A stretch of 64,000 nucleotides of DNA from Thermoanaerobaculia bacterium (GTDB lineage: Bacteria; Acidobacteriota; Thermoanaerobaculia; Multivoradales; Multivoraceae). Positions 32,022 to 42,669 of this stretch are shown in pieces. Made by a program: the position numbers and the translations under genes. Each line of letters starts with the position of its first letter. The stretch's first letter is position 1. The stretch lies in the NCBI GenBank assembly GCA_963666565.1, contig OY762911.1, forward strand, positions 1,120,001-1,184,000, written 5' to 3'. The notes beneath the pieces were generated by a model. It was not told the origin of the DNA, searched no databases, and saw only the letters and a program-made list of their open reading frames with translations.

Positions 32022-33179
32022 ATGATCGAAGGGCGGACGGGCGATCGGCGAGAAGCTCCGAAGTGGCGCGGAATCCTGCAGATCGTCGTCATTGCCGCGG
32101 TCATCCTGGCGGCGATCCTCCTGGCCCGGGCGCCGCGCCAGGAGTTTCTCGAACTCGATTCGGAAGCGGGTCGACGGGGCGTCGAACCGACGGCCGCGGT
32201 GTTGCAGCCTCGAACGACCAGCGCGTCGCACAGCGTGGCGCTGACGGGCACCGTGACCACGCTTGGCAACGTGACCGTGATCCCGGAAGCGTCCGGTGAC
32301 GTCGTCTTCGTTTCGGAGAAGTTCCGCACCGGCGGCGCCTTCGCCGCCGACGAGACGCTTGCCCGCATCGATACGACCGATTACGACATCCGCCTTGCAA
32401 TGGCGAAGCTGGATCTCAAGTACGCCCAGGCGCACCTCAAGGAAGTGAAGGACCGGTACGGCCGGAGTTCCGAGTACTACGCCACGGCGCCGAACGGAAC
32501 GGTGCACCCCTGGCCCGCGCTCGATGGCGAAATCGAGAAGGCCGAGTCCCTGGTCGAAACCGCCAGGCACCGTGTCGCGCTGGCGGAAATCCAGTTGGAC
32601 CGGACCCGCATCCGCATGCCGTTCGCCGGCTACGTGCGAGCGACCTCCCTGTCCGTCGGACAGGTGGTCAGTGCGCGGACGTCCAGGCTCGGCGAGGTCT
32701 TCGCCAGGAACCGACTGCGGGTACGGGCTCAGATCTCCACGCTCGACCTGGACTCCCTGCGGCCGGCCATCGGACGGACCGCCTCGGTGGTGGCGGACGG
32801 ACGCACGTACCGGACCGAGGTCGAGCGGGTCTCCCGGGTCGTGGATCTCGAGACGCGTCTCGCCAGCCTCTACCTGCGGGTTCTCGATCAGACCGGGCAG
32901 GCGGTCCTTCCGCGGCCCGGCACGTTCGTCGATGTGACGGTCGAGGGCCCACTTCGCGACGACGTCTTCGTACTGCCGGAGTCGGCCATGCAGCTCAATG
33001 CCAGCGTCTGGCTGGTCGACGACGGCACGCTGGTCTCCTTCGTTCCCGTCTCCCGCGGCTACGCGGACGACGGCTGGATCGTGGACGCCTTCGATGCGAA
33101 GGGCGGCGTGGTGGTCGGAAGCGTCGCGGGCGCGCGAGAGGGTTTGGCGGTCAATCCCGTCCCGGTCGACGTCCCGTGA
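32022..33179 (+). CDS. RND efflux periplasmic adaptor (membrane fusion protein)
   Basis: N-terminal TM; lipoyl halves 'PEASGDVV' and 'IRMPFAG'; 'RPGTFV'. Confidence 0.88.
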   Translation: MIEGRTGDRREAPKWRGILQIVVIAAVILAAILLARAPRQEFLELDSEAGRRGVEPTAAVLQPRTTSASHSVALTGTVTTLGNVTVIPEASGDVVFVSEKFRTGGAFAADETLARIDTTDYDIRLAMAKLDLKYAQAHLKEVKDRYGRSSEYYATAPNGTVHPWPALDGEIEKAESLVETARHRVALAEIQLDRTRIRMPFAGYVRATSLSVGQVVSARTSRLGEVFARNRLRVRAQISTLDLDSLRPAIGRTASVVADGRTYRTEVERVSRVVDLETRLASLYLRVLDQTGQAVLPRPGTFVDVTVEGPLRDDVFVLPESAMQLNASVWLVDDGTLVSFVPVSRGYADDGWIVDAFDAKGGVVVGSVAGAREGLAVNPVPVDVP

Positions 33180-33227
33180 GGCGCACCCCGGCGGCAGGGC
33201 AGGCGTCGGGCGAGCGATATCGCGCTC

Positions 33228-36200
33228 ATGGCTGAACCCGGCGAGGTCGGCGACGCCGCGCAAACGCGCCGGGGCCCGGTCGCCTGGTTTGGCCGCAATC
33301 CGGTCGCCGCCTACGTCCTCCTTTTCCTGGTGTTCGTGAGCGGACTCCTGGCGTTCAACCTGGTACCCGTCGAGACGTTTCCGAAGTACGACCCGGGGGT
33401 GATCCGCGTCGTCGTGCCCTATCCGGGCGCGACGCCGACCGAGGTCGAAGAGGACATCGTCAAGCGCATCGAAGAGAGCCTGGTCGGAGAGATCGGCATC
33501 TCCCGCTTCGTCTCGTCGTCGCGGCACGCGCTCGCCGTCGTCGACGCCGAAATCGACGACTACGCCGATCCGGTAGACGTGATCAACAACGTGCGTACCG
33601 CCGTCGAGCGAATCGAGGATTTCCCGCCGGGAAACGCCGACCAGCCCGAGGTCACCCGGGTCGAAGTCACCCGGAACCTGCTGACCCTCGCCGTCAGTTC
33701 CGACGTCCTTGGCGCGTACGACCTGCGCCGGGCGGCGGAGTCCCTGCGGGACAGCCTGCTGCTGCTGCCCGGAGTCGCGATCGTCGAACTGTTCGGCACG
33801 ATCGACCAGGAGATAAAGGTCGAGGTCAGCGAGGAGACGCTGCGCCGCTACGGGCTGACGTTCCAGGATCTGGTCCAGGTCATCCGCACGACCTCGGTGA
33901 ACATCACGGGCGGCGAACTGCACACCGATACCGGTGAGATCGTCATGAGCACGCTGGCCAAACGGGGTCGTGCGGACGAGTTCGCCGACGTCGTGGTGAT
34001 CGCGAGGCCCGACGGATCGCTGGTGCGCCTGGGCGAGATCGCGGAGCTCCGGGACGGCCTGCTGGAACAGGACGTCCGGACGACCCTGGACGGCAGTCCG
34101 GCCGTGCTGGTGCAGGTGAAGGCGGCGCCCGGACTCTCGCCCCGGGAGGCGAGCGGCCAGGTGCGCGGATTTCTCGAAGGCTGGCAGCCCCCGGAAGGCA
34201 CACGGCTCCAGGTGTGGGAAGACGAGTCGTGGGCCGTGGCGGACAGCCTCAATCTCGTCGTCCAGAACGGCGTCTACGGTCTCGTGCTCGTCTTTCTGAC
34301 GCTGATGCTGGTCTTCGACGTGCGGACCGCCGCCTGGGTGACGGTCGGCGTTCCGGTGGTGTTCGTCGGCGCCCTGATCTTCTTCCCCGTCTTCGGACTC
34401 TCCATCAACGTCATCACCCTGTTCGCCTTCTTCATCCTGATCGCGCTCGTGGTCGACGACTCGATCGTCGCCGCGGAGAGCATGGCGGCGGCCCGCACCC
34501 AGGGGCTCGGCCATGTCGAAGCGTCGATCGTCGGTACCCGGCGGGTGCTCGGCCCCCTCGCGGTCGCGGCGCTGACGACCGTGGCGGCGTTCGCCGCGCT
34601 GCTGCCCCTTGGCGGCGTCATCGGGCAGATGTTCGCTCCGATTCCCATCGTGGTGGGCGTCGTCATGCTGCTGTCCCTGCTCGACACGGCCCTGGTGCTG
34701 CCCGGGCATCTGGCGAAGGGCTCGGGCCCGAAGACCTGGCCCCTGTCGGTGATTCAGGACAGGCTCCGCGCGTCGATGGACGGTTCGATCGAGTCGAGCA
34801 TCGTGCCGTTGATCACCTGGTCGGTGCGGCGACCCTTCTGGCCGCCCGTCATTGTCGCGGCGGCTCTCGTCCTTGCGGCGTGCGCGCTGCTGGTCGGATG
34901 GGTGCCGTGGAGCCCCAGTCTCAGCATCGCGGACGATCAGCACATCCAGGCGGACCTCGTGCTGCCGGTCGGTGCGCCCCTCGACGACGTGGTGGCGGCA
35001 ACCGATCGCATGGTCGATGCCGCAATGCAGCTCGACGAGGAACTCGGCGGCACCGTCATCAGCGGCAGGGTGGCGGTCGTCGGCCGGCGCCTGCCGCTGG
35101 CGACCTATGCCGGCGGCGACCCCGGGCGCTATCGGCCCAACGTCGCCTCGGTTCAGTTGAAGCTGCATCGGGACTCGGACCGCACGGTCACCAAGGACGA
35201 GTTCCGATTCGGCTGGCAGCGCAGGCTGGCCGACCTTCCGGTGACCTTCCCGACCCGCCGCAGCCGTCCGACGGGAGCGGTCTCGTACGCGCTGATGCAC
35301 CCGGAGGACCGCGTGCTGCGCGAGGCGGCGGGTTCGCTGCGCGACGACTGGTCGCGCACGGCCGGCGTTGCGTCCGTGGACGATACGCTGGACAAGGGCA
35401 ACCGCCGGCTCGAGGTGACCCTGAACGCGGCCGGCCATGCGGCGGGTCTCACGCCGGCGATCGTCGCCACCCAACTGCGGGATGCGTTCTACGGCGCGGA
35501 GGCGCAACGGATCCAGCGGGGCCGCGAGGAAGTGCTGGTGATGGTGCGCTATCCGAGCGATCGCCGCAGCAGCTACGCCGAACTGCTGAACGAGCGCATC
35601 CGTCTCCCGGGCAGCCGTGCTCAGGCGCCGCTTTACACGGTGGCCCGGATAGGCGAAACCGAGAGCCAGGCCAACCGGCTCCGCATCGACGGCCGCGCCG
35701 CGGCCGTCGTGACGGCGAATCTCGACATCGACGCGGCGCTCTCCGGCGACGTCGCCGAACGCGCGGAGAACGAGCTGGTTCCACAGCTCAAGGCGCGCTA
35801 CGAGGGCCTGGAGGTACGCAAGCATGGCGGGTCGCGGGACGTCGAACGCCTCGGCGACACGCTGCTGGTCTCGGCGCTGATCGCCCTGTTGGCGATCTAC
35901 TGTCTGGTCGCGTCGTTCCTGCGCAGCTTCATCCAGCCGGCGCTGGTGCTTGCCGGCATCCCCGTCGCGTTCGTCGGCGCCGCGGCCGGCCACTGGTTGC
36001 TGGGTTACGAGTTCACGATCACGTCCCTGTTCGGCCTGATCGCCGTGTCCGGCGTGGTGGTCAACGACACGATCCTGCTGATGCACCGATACAACGCCAT
36101 CCGGGCCGAACTCCCCGACGTGCCCGAGATCGCGGCGATCTCGGCGGCTGCCCGGCAGCGCGCCCGGGCGATTCTCCTGACGTCCTTCACGACGGTGATC

Positions 36201-36392
36201 GGCCTGCTTCCGATCCTGTTCAGCCGCGCCGAAGCGATCCAGTTCCTGATTCCGCTCGTGGTCAGCCTGACCTTCGGCCTGGTGTTCGCCGGCGTCGGCC
36301 TGCTGTTCCTGCTGCCGTCGGTCCTCATGATCGTCGAGCTGGCCAAGGTCCGACTGCACGCGACGCGGGCCGCGCTGGGGATGCGCGCATGA
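33228..36392 (+). CDS. RND efflux permease (AcrB/D/F family)
   Basis: 'YPGATPTEVEEDI', TM4 'VVDDSIV', 'RARAILLTSFTT'; 1054 aa. Confidence 0.93.
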   Translation: MAEPGEVGDAAQTRRGPVAWFGRNPVAAYVLLFLVFVSGLLAFNLVPVETFPKYDPGVIRVVVPYPGATPTEVEEDIVKRIEESLVGEIGISRFVSSSRHALAVVDAEIDDYADPVDVINNVRTAVERIEDFPPGNADQPEVTRVEVTRNLLTLAVSSDVLGAYDLRRAAESLRDSLLLLPGVAIVELFGTIDQEIKVEVSEETLRRYGLTFQDLVQVIRTTSVNITGGELHTDTGEIVMSTLAKRGRADEFADVVVIARPDGSLVRLGEIAELRDGLLEQDVRTTLDGSPAVLVQVKAAPGLSPREASGQVRGFLEGWQPPEGTRLQVWEDESWAVADSLNLVVQNGVYGLVLVFLTLMLVFDVRTAAWVTVGVPVVFVGALIFFPVFGLSINVITLFAFFILIALVVDDSIVAAESMAAARTQGLGHVEASIVGTRRVLGPLAVAALTTVAAFAALLPLGGVIGQMFAPIPIVVGVVMLLSLLDTALVLPGHLAKGSGPKTWPLSVIQDRLRASMDGSIESSIVPLITWSVRRPFWPPVIVAAALVLAACALLVGWVPWSPSLSIADDQHIQADLVLPVGAPLDDVVAATDRMVDAAMQLDEELGGTVISGRVAVVGRRLPLATYAGGDPGRYRPNVASVQLKLHRDSDRTVTKDEFRFGWQRRLADLPVTFPTRRSRPTGAVSYALMHPEDRVLREAAGSLRDDWSRTAGVASVDDTLDKGNRRLEVTLNAAGHAAGLTPAIVATQLRDAFYGAEAQRIQRGREEVLVMVRYPSDRRSSYAELLNERIRLPGSRAQAPLYTVARIGETESQANRLRIDGRAAAVVTANLDIDAALSGDVAERAENELVPQLKARYEGLEVRKHGGSRDVERLGDTLLVSALIALLAIYCLVASFLRSFIQPALVLAGIPVAFVGAAAGHWLLGYEFTITSLFGLIAVSGVVVNDTILLMHRYNAIRAELPDVPEIAAISAAARQRARAILLTSFTTVIGLLPILFSRAEAIQFLIPLVVSLTFGLVFAGVGLLFLLPSVLMIVELAKVRLHATRAALGMRA

Positions 36393-36413
36393 AAGTCGCG
36401 GCGCCGGCCGCCC

Positions 36414-39400
36414 ATGGGGTTGGACATGCCTGACGGCGCGCGGCCGCGATCCGTCTTCGAGTACATGGCGAACAACCGCATCGCCGTCATGCTCGGGACG
36501 GCCGGGCTCCTCGCGCTCGGCCTGATCGCACTCGCCAACACGACGGTGGAGCGCTATCCCGCAATGGATCTGCGCAGGATCACGATCACGGTGCCGTACG
36601 ACGGCGCGACGCCCCGGGAAGTGGAGGAGGACATCCTCCGGCGCATCGAAGAGAGCCTCGCTTCGCTCGACGGCGTGGACCGGATCACCGCCAACGCCTG
36701 GGAAGGCAAGGGGGAGGTGATCGTCGAGTTCAAGCAGTGGCAGGACACGGTCGCCAAGCTTGACGTCGTGAGGACCGCGGTGGAGGGAATCGAGGACTTC
36801 CCGCCGCCGGGAGCGGATGAACCCGAGATCGTCCGCCACGAGATTCTCCGCGGCGCCCTGTCTCTCGTGCTGACGTCCGCCACGGCCAGCGAGCACGAAC
36901 TCACGCTGGCGGCGGAGGAGCTGCGCGAGCAGCTCCTCTTCCTGCCGAAGGTGGCGGTCGTCGACCTGTACGGCGCACGCGAGCGCCAGATCCAGATCGA
37001 CCTCGACGAGACCCGGTTGCAAAGCCATCGCCTGACAGTCGATGACGTGATCGGCCGCATCCGGAACTCGTCGATCAACCTGTCCGGCGGAGAACTGGAC
37101 GCCGGGGCCGGCCCGCTGGTGTTGAGCGTGCTGCAGAAGCGCAACAGCGGACCCGAGTTCGCCGACATCGTCATCCTGAGCAAGCCCGACGGATCGATCG
37201 TGCGGCTCGGCGACATCGGCGCCATCCGCGACGGCTTCGTCGACGATCCCCTCGTCAACACCGTCGATGGCGTGCCGGCGGTCTTCGTCGAGATCAGCGC
37301 GCCCAAGGGCGTGGATCCGCAAGAAGTTCGCGACGAAGTCGACGCCTACCTGTCCGCCAACGATCCGCCCGCCGGCATGAAGCTGGACCGCTGGATGGAC
37401 CGGGTGTTTTCCGTCAAGAAGCCGCTCCTGTCCGTCGCCGACAGCGCGCTCGTGGGCGCGGCGCTGGTGTTCGTCGTCCTCGTGCTGCTCCTCGACCTGC
37501 GATTCGGCCTCTGGGTGGCCGTCGGGGTCCCGACCGCCATCGTGGGTTCCTTCGCCGCCCTCCATCTCCTGGACGCAACCTTGAACATCATGGCCGTCAT
37601 CGGTTTCGCCGTGGTGGTGGGCATCGTGGTGGACGATGCGCTCGTGGTCGCCGAGAACATCGAGCGCCACCGCAAGGCGGGGGCGCCGCCGCTCGAGGCA
37701 TCGGTGCGGGGCGCGCGCGAGGTCATGGCGCCCGTCACGGTCGGCGTGCTGACCACCCTGTTCATGTTTGCCGCGCTGCTTCCCCTGGACGGCGTCCTCG
37801 GCATGATGTTCAGTTCGATGGCCGTCGTGGTCATCGTCGTGCTGCTCTTCTCGCTCCTGGACGCCTTCTTCCTGCTCCCGGCGCACGTCTCCGGCACGGG
37901 AGAGATCGGTGGCTGGCCCCTGCGCGTCTGGCAGCGAGCGGCGAGACGCCGATTCGAGGGGTTCATCGACCGCCGCGTGGGGGCGACGATCCGGTTCTCG
38001 CTCCGGTATCCGTGGACGTCGACCGTCGCCTTCGCGGCGCTCGTCGGCATGGCCGTCTGGCTGCTGGCCGTCGATGTCATCCGCTTCAACACCACCGGCA
38101 ATCGACTCGACGAGCAACAGCTTCAGATCGACCTGACCATGGCGGCCGGGTCGACGTTCCCCGAGACCGTACGGGCGGTGGAAGGCATCGCGGCGGCCGC
38201 CGCCGCGGCCAACACCGCCACGGGCGGCACGGCCGTCAACGCCGTCAACGTCCTCGTTGGCCAGCACAAGTCGATGGAGACGGCGGCTGGCGCGAATCAG
38301 GTCGAGCCGGGGCCGCAACTCGCCTCCGTCCAGTTGCGGCTGAACACCTATCCGGAGCGCGAAGTGTCGGTGGCCGAGCTCCGCAAGGTCTGGGTGGAGA
38401 CGATCGGCACGGTGCAGGGCGCGGAGACGATCGCGTTCCCGCAGGCGACCGGCTACACCTCGGCCGGCGTCGGCTTCGTCCTCCTGCATCCGGACGAGGA
38501 CGCCCTGATGGCGGCCGCGACGGAACTCAAGCGCAGGATGGCCGCTCATCGACCGATCTACCAGGTCGACGACACGCTTGAGCTCGGCAGCCGGCGCTAC
38601 GAAGTCGAACTGACGGACGCGGCACGCGCTTCGGGGCTCACCGCCGCATCCGTCGCGGCGCAGCTGCGCAACCGGTTCTATGGCGCCGAGGCCCATCGCG
38701 TCGTCAGGAACCAGGAGGAACTGGAAGTCGTGGTGCGCTATCCGATGGAACGGCGCAGGCGGCGGGCGGACCTGGACGACGAACTGATCCGCCTGCCCAA
38801 CGGCGAACTCGGTTCCTTCGCCAGTCAGGCGCGCCTCGTCGAGAGCCAGGAGCTGGCCCAGCGCCAGCGCATCGACGGCCTGCCCGCGGTGACGATGAAC
38901 GCTCTCTACAACGTGACGGCGACGAGTTCCAGAGAGCTCCGGGCTCTCGTGCTGGGCGAGTGGATCGCCGACCTGTCGGTCCGGTATCCCGGACTTCGCT
39001 ACCTGCCGGACGGATCGTCCCGCGACACGGCGAAGATCGCCCGCATGCTCGGCATCAGCTTCCCCGCGGCGCTCCTGGCCATGTTCGTCCTCATGGCCAT
39101 TCAGCTCCGGAGCATCGTCCAGCCGCTCTACGTGCTGGTGGGACTCCCGTTGACGGTGGCGGGCGCTCTCTATCTTCATCTCGCTCTCGGCTACGACGTC
39201 GGTCTGGCGTCGGTCTTCGGGATGGTCGCGGCGACAGGCGTCGTGGTCAACGACGCACTGGTGCTGCTCGACATGCACAACCGAATCCGGCTGGACGAAC
39301 CGGGCGTGACGGTCAGGAAGGCCGTGACGCGAGCCGCCCTCCTCCGCGCGCGACCGATCGTCCTGACGACCGTCACCACCGTCGTCGGACTCATGCCGCT

Positions 39401-39620
39401 CCTGTACAACAGGGCCGAATCCGTCGAACCGTTCCTGACCGTGATCGTGAGCCTGGTCGGCGGCCTCTCGCTGGCCGGCGTTGGGCTGCTGGTGTTCCTG
39501 CCGGCCATCATGGTGTTGGTCGAACGCGGCGCCGGCGTCGCCTCGCGGTGGCGTAGGGCCTTGGCGGAACGCTCCGGCGCGCTCCCGGCGGGGACCGGCC
39601 GGGAAAAGCTCGAGGCGTAG
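36414..39620 (+). CDS. RND efflux permease (AcrB/D/F family), second paralog
   Basis: 'YDGATPREVEEDI', 'IVVDDALVVAENI', 'RARPIVLTTVTT'. Confidence 0.93.
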   Translation: MGLDMPDGARPRSVFEYMANNRIAVMLGTAGLLALGLIALANTTVERYPAMDLRRITITVPYDGATPREVEEDILRRIEESLASLDGVDRITANAWEGKGEVIVEFKQWQDTVAKLDVVRTAVEGIEDFPPPGADEPEIVRHEILRGALSLVLTSATASEHELTLAAEELREQLLFLPKVAVVDLYGARERQIQIDLDETRLQSHRLTVDDVIGRIRNSSINLSGGELDAGAGPLVLSVLQKRNSGPEFADIVILSKPDGSIVRLGDIGAIRDGFVDDPLVNTVDGVPAVFVEISAPKGVDPQEVRDEVDAYLSANDPPAGMKLDRWMDRVFSVKKPLLSVADSALVGAALVFVVLVLLLDLRFGLWVAVGVPTAIVGSFAALHLLDATLNIMAVIGFAVVVGIVVDDALVVAENIERHRKAGAPPLEASVRGAREVMAPVTVGVLTTLFMFAALLPLDGVLGMMFSSMAVVVIVVLLFSLLDAFFLLPAHVSGTGEIGGWPLRVWQRAARRRFEGFIDRRVGATIRFSLRYPWTSTVAFAALVGMAVWLLAVDVIRFNTTGNRLDEQQLQIDLTMAAGSTFPETVRAVEGIAAAAAAANTATGGTAVNAVNVLVGQHKSMETAAGANQVEPGPQLASVQLRLNTYPEREVSVAELRKVWVETIGTVQGAETIAFPQATGYTSAGVGFVLLHPDEDALMAAATELKRRMAAHRPIYQVDDTLELGSRRYEVELTDAARASGLTAASVAAQLRNRFYGAEAHRVVRNQEELEVVVRYPMERRRRRADLDDELIRLPNGELGSFASQARLVESQELAQRQRIDGLPAVTMNALYNVTATSSRELRALVLGEWIADLSVRYPGLRYLPDGSSRDTAKIARMLGISFPAALLAMFVLMAIQLRSIVQPLYVLVGLPLTVAGALYLHLALGYDVGLASVFGMVAATGVVVNDALVLLDMHNRIRLDEPGVTVRKAVTRAALLRARPIVLTTVTTVVGLMPLLYNRAESVEPFLTVIVSLVGGLSLAGVGLLVFLPAIMVLVERGAGVASRWRRALAERSGALPAGTGREKLEA

Positions 39621-39631
39621 CGGGACTGAGA

Positions 39632-39727
39632 ACTGGGTGCGCGGGTCTTCCGACCCGCTTGCCGCCGAAGGCGGCCAGACAGACGCGCCGCGCAGCGGCG
39701 ACCATACTCCCTCCCCGCTGCTACACT
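39632..39727 (+). repeat. Right 96-bp direct repeat, containing the tRNA-Ser promoter -10
   Basis: Copy of 31857-31952; TACACT at 39722-39727 lies 10 nt before the tRNA. Confidence 0.88.
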
Positions 39728-39737
39728 CCCGCGTCCG

Positions 39738-39829
<92 letters not shown>

Positions 39830-39867
39830 CGAGACACGTCGCCGCTACCCGTCAGGATGCCCAAACG

Positions 39868-40755
39868 ATGAAACCGCGGTGGTTGTGGGCCCTGTTGCTG
39901 GTTGCCGTTCCGGCGGCGGCGCAAGACTCGGACCGGGGCTTCTACCTGGGCTTCGGCGCCGGCGTTTCGCGGGCGGACGCCCTCGACGTGCCCGGCTGGG
40001 GCGTCGACCAGGGTACGCGCTGCGACGTTCAGCAGGAGCAGGGGGTGGTGGATCCGACCTGTTCGGACGGCACGCCGAGCATCATCGGCGTGACCGCCTT
40101 CGACGCGGCTTCGGGAACCGCGGCCGGCCTGCGGCTGGGCTACGACTTCGGACGCTACCGGCTGGAACTCGAGCGGCAGCTTCGTCACGGCGCCGAGCGG
40201 TCGGGCGACCCGCTCGGCGTGTCGCAGGACGCCGGGCTGGCGAGCAAGGCTTCGGAATGGAGCGCCTCGATGCCGCCGGCGGCGCTGTCCGGATTCCGCG
40301 GCGAGGAGTACTTCCTGACCGTGTTGCGGGAGTGGCGCGCGGGCGAACGCTGGACGCCGTACGTGGGCCTGGGCGCGGGCTGGGCCCGCGTCCGTGTCCG
40401 CTACGCGATGACGTTCATCCGCAAGACGCTGGCGGAGGGCTACCAGGACGTGGAGCCGCCCCTGACGCTGGAGGACCGCCCGGCCGAGGCGGCGGGCACC
40501 GTCAGCGTCTTCGACCAGACGTTCCGCGGCGACGTGTTCGGCTGGCAGGCGGTCGTGGGCGCCGAGTACGCGCTGACGGAACGGACCGGACTGCGCTTCG
40601 GCCTGCGCCGGGCGGACTTCCGGGATCTCGCCCGCACCGGGCAGTGGGCGTCGGTCCGCAGCCTGAAGCCGGTCGGCGACGCTGGCGACATGCCGGTGGA
40701 GTTTCGCGGCCTCGGCTACGCGGCGCTGGAAGTCGGCCTGACGCACCGCTTCTGA
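39868..40755 (+). CDS. Outer-membrane beta-barrel protein (8-stranded OmpA/P44-Msp2-like), copy 1
   Basis: Signal peptide; 'GFYLG', 'LGYDFGRYRLELE', 'WTPYVGLGAG', 'FGWQ'; C-terminal Phe. Confidence 0.8.
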   Translation: MKPRWLWALLLVAVPAAAQDSDRGFYLGFGAGVSRADALDVPGWGVDQGTRCDVQQEQGVVDPTCSDGTPSIIGVTAFDAASGTAAGLRLGYDFGRYRLELERQLRHGAERSGDPLGVSQDAGLASKASEWSASMPPAALSGFRGEEYFLTVLREWRAGERWTPYVGLGAGWARVRVRYAMTFIRKTLAEGYQDVEPPLTLEDRPAEAAGTVSVFDQTFRGDVFGWQAVVGAEYALTERTGLRFGLRRADFRDLARTGQWASVRSLKPVGDAGDMPVEFRGLGYAALEVGLTHRF

Positions 40756-40984
40756 GGCAGCGCCGCGCCTGCACGGCCCTGTCGCGCAGGGAACCGAGCC
40801 GCACACCGGGTGGTTCCCCCAGGCTTGCCGCGCCGACTGAAGCGGGTGTTTCCGCGGCCAGGCCGGCACGAACGCGTTCCAGGTCTGGGAGCCTGCGCCG
40901 CGGAATGCAGCGAAGCGAGTCCAGCGCCGCCGGGTCGGCCGCCGCCAACGGGTATCGTGGGGCCCTGGAAGGCGAGGGCGGCAG

Positions 40985-42565
40985 TTGACGAACGACAGAC
41001 CAGGCGCCGCCGCGCGACCGTCCGCGCCCAGCGGGAAGTACGACGTGTTGATCGTCGGCTGCGGGCCCACGGGCGCCACGCTGGCGAACCTGCTGCGCGC
41101 GCACGGCCGTTCGGTGGCCATCTTCGACCGCGAGCCGGACGTCTATCCCACCCCCCGGGCGATGGTCCTCGATCCGGAAAGCTGCCGTGTCTACACTTCG
41201 ATGGGGATTCTCCAGCGGCTCGTCCCGGACGACGCCTCGCCCTACGCGCGAAACGTGTTCGTCGATGGGAAACGACGGGTACTGATGACTCTGGACTTCC
41301 TGCGCGCTCCGGCCCGGCTCGGGTTCCCGATGGGCGGCCTGATCTTCCACCAGCCCGCGCTCGACCGGCTGCTCCGCGAGGACTTCGCTGAGGGTGTCGG
41401 CGTCGACGCGTTCCTCGGCTACGAGGTGAGCGAGGTCGACGGTTCGGGCGAGGCCGCGAGAGTGGTGGCGACTGACCGCAAGACCGGCGAGCGCCGCGAA
41501 TTCGCGGGGCGCTACATCGTCGGAGCGGACGGCGGCGGCAGTTTCTGCCGCGCCGCGGTCGGGTCGGAGCGTGTCGACTTCGGCTACCGGCGCCAGTGGA
41601 TCGTCGTCGACCTGGTCGTACACGACCGGCAGCTCTTCGACTCCCTCCCGGACGGCTCCGAGATCCGGTGCCGGCCGAACCGCTCCGTGGTGTACTTCAA
41701 GGGGCACCACGGCCATGTCCGTTTCGACTTCGAAGCCGGGGAGGAGCTCGCTCGGAGCTTCAGCCACGAGGAGGCGCTCCAGGCCGTCTCCGAGTACTTC
41801 GACCCTTCCTCGTGCGAGATCCTCCGCCTTCAGCCGTTCCTGTTCCACGGCTCGATGCCGAAGGAGTGGCGGGCCGGCCGGCTGCTGCTGGCCGGAGACG
41901 CCGCCCACCAGTCGCCGCCGTTCTCCGGCCAGGGTCTGAACATGGGCATCCGCGACGCCGTCAACCTGGCCTTCAAGTTCGAACTCCTGTTCCGGGGCCT
42001 CGCCGGACCGTCGCTTCTCGACACGTACCGGGAAGAGCGCTGGGACCACTGCGCGCGCCTGACCGAAGGCGCGTCCGAGCGGGGCAGGATGATCAGCGCC
42101 TCGACTCCGCTCGCGATCGCCCGCCGCAACTACTCTTTCTTCCTGGGCCGCAGGAAGAGAAGGACCGGCTTCGCCCGGATGCGGCGCATGACCAACCGGC
42201 AGCCCTACCAGCGGGGGTTGCTCGGAGGTTCGGAGGCCGCGGGAGCGCGCATGATCAGGCCGCGCGTGACGACCGCTGCCGGCGAGGCCTGGCTCGACGA
42301 CCTGCTGGGTTCCGGGTTCTCCCTCGTCGCGGACTCGCCGACGGCCGGCGCCGACATCGACTGGTTCACGGACACCCTCGGCGGCGTCGTCCTCGAGATC
42401 GGCCGCGACCTGTCGGACGCGAACGGCGAACTCGCCCGCTGGCTCGGCCGCGACGAGGCGTCCAGCGTCCTGATCCGGCCCGACCGCTACGTCTTCGCTA
42501 CCGGCGACGACGGTGCCAGTCTTTGCCGGTCGCTCAGGGAGAAGCTCGAGGCGTTCCAGGACTGA
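40985..42565 (+). CDS. FAD-dependent aromatic monooxygenase (MhpA-like)
   Basis: 'GCGPTG', 'GADGG', 'LLAGDAAHQSPPFSGQGLNMGIRDA', 'LIRPDRY'. Confidence 0.9.
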   Translation: MTNDRPGAAARPSAPSGKYDVLIVGCGPTGATLANLLRAHGRSVAIFDREPDVYPTPRAMVLDPESCRVYTSMGILQRLVPDDASPYARNVFVDGKRRVLMTLDFLRAPARLGFPMGGLIFHQPALDRLLREDFAEGVGVDAFLGYEVSEVDGSGEAARVVATDRKTGERREFAGRYIVGADGGGSFCRAAVGSERVDFGYRRQWIVVDLVVHDRQLFDSLPDGSEIRCRPNRSVVYFKGHHGHVRFDFEAGEELARSFSHEEALQAVSEYFDPSSCEILRLQPFLFHGSMPKEWRAGRLLLAGDAAHQSPPFSGQGLNMGIRDAVNLAFKFELLFRGLAGPSLLDTYREERWDHCARLTEGASERGRMISASTPLAIARRNYSFFLGRRKRRTGFARMRRMTNRQPYQRGLLGGSEAAGARMIRPRVTTAAGEAWLDDLLGSGFSLVADSPTAGADIDWFTDTLGGVVLEIGRDLSDANGELARWLGRDEASSVLIRPDRYVFATGDDGASLCRSLREKLEAFQD

Positions 42566-42669
42566 GACCCGAGCGGCCGGCGCCCAGGGACTCGCGCCGG
42601 CCGGCAGGTCGGCTCCGCTCTGGCGGCCCCTCCAGTGGTCAGCCGCGCCGCGGAAGACCGCGCAGCGAA

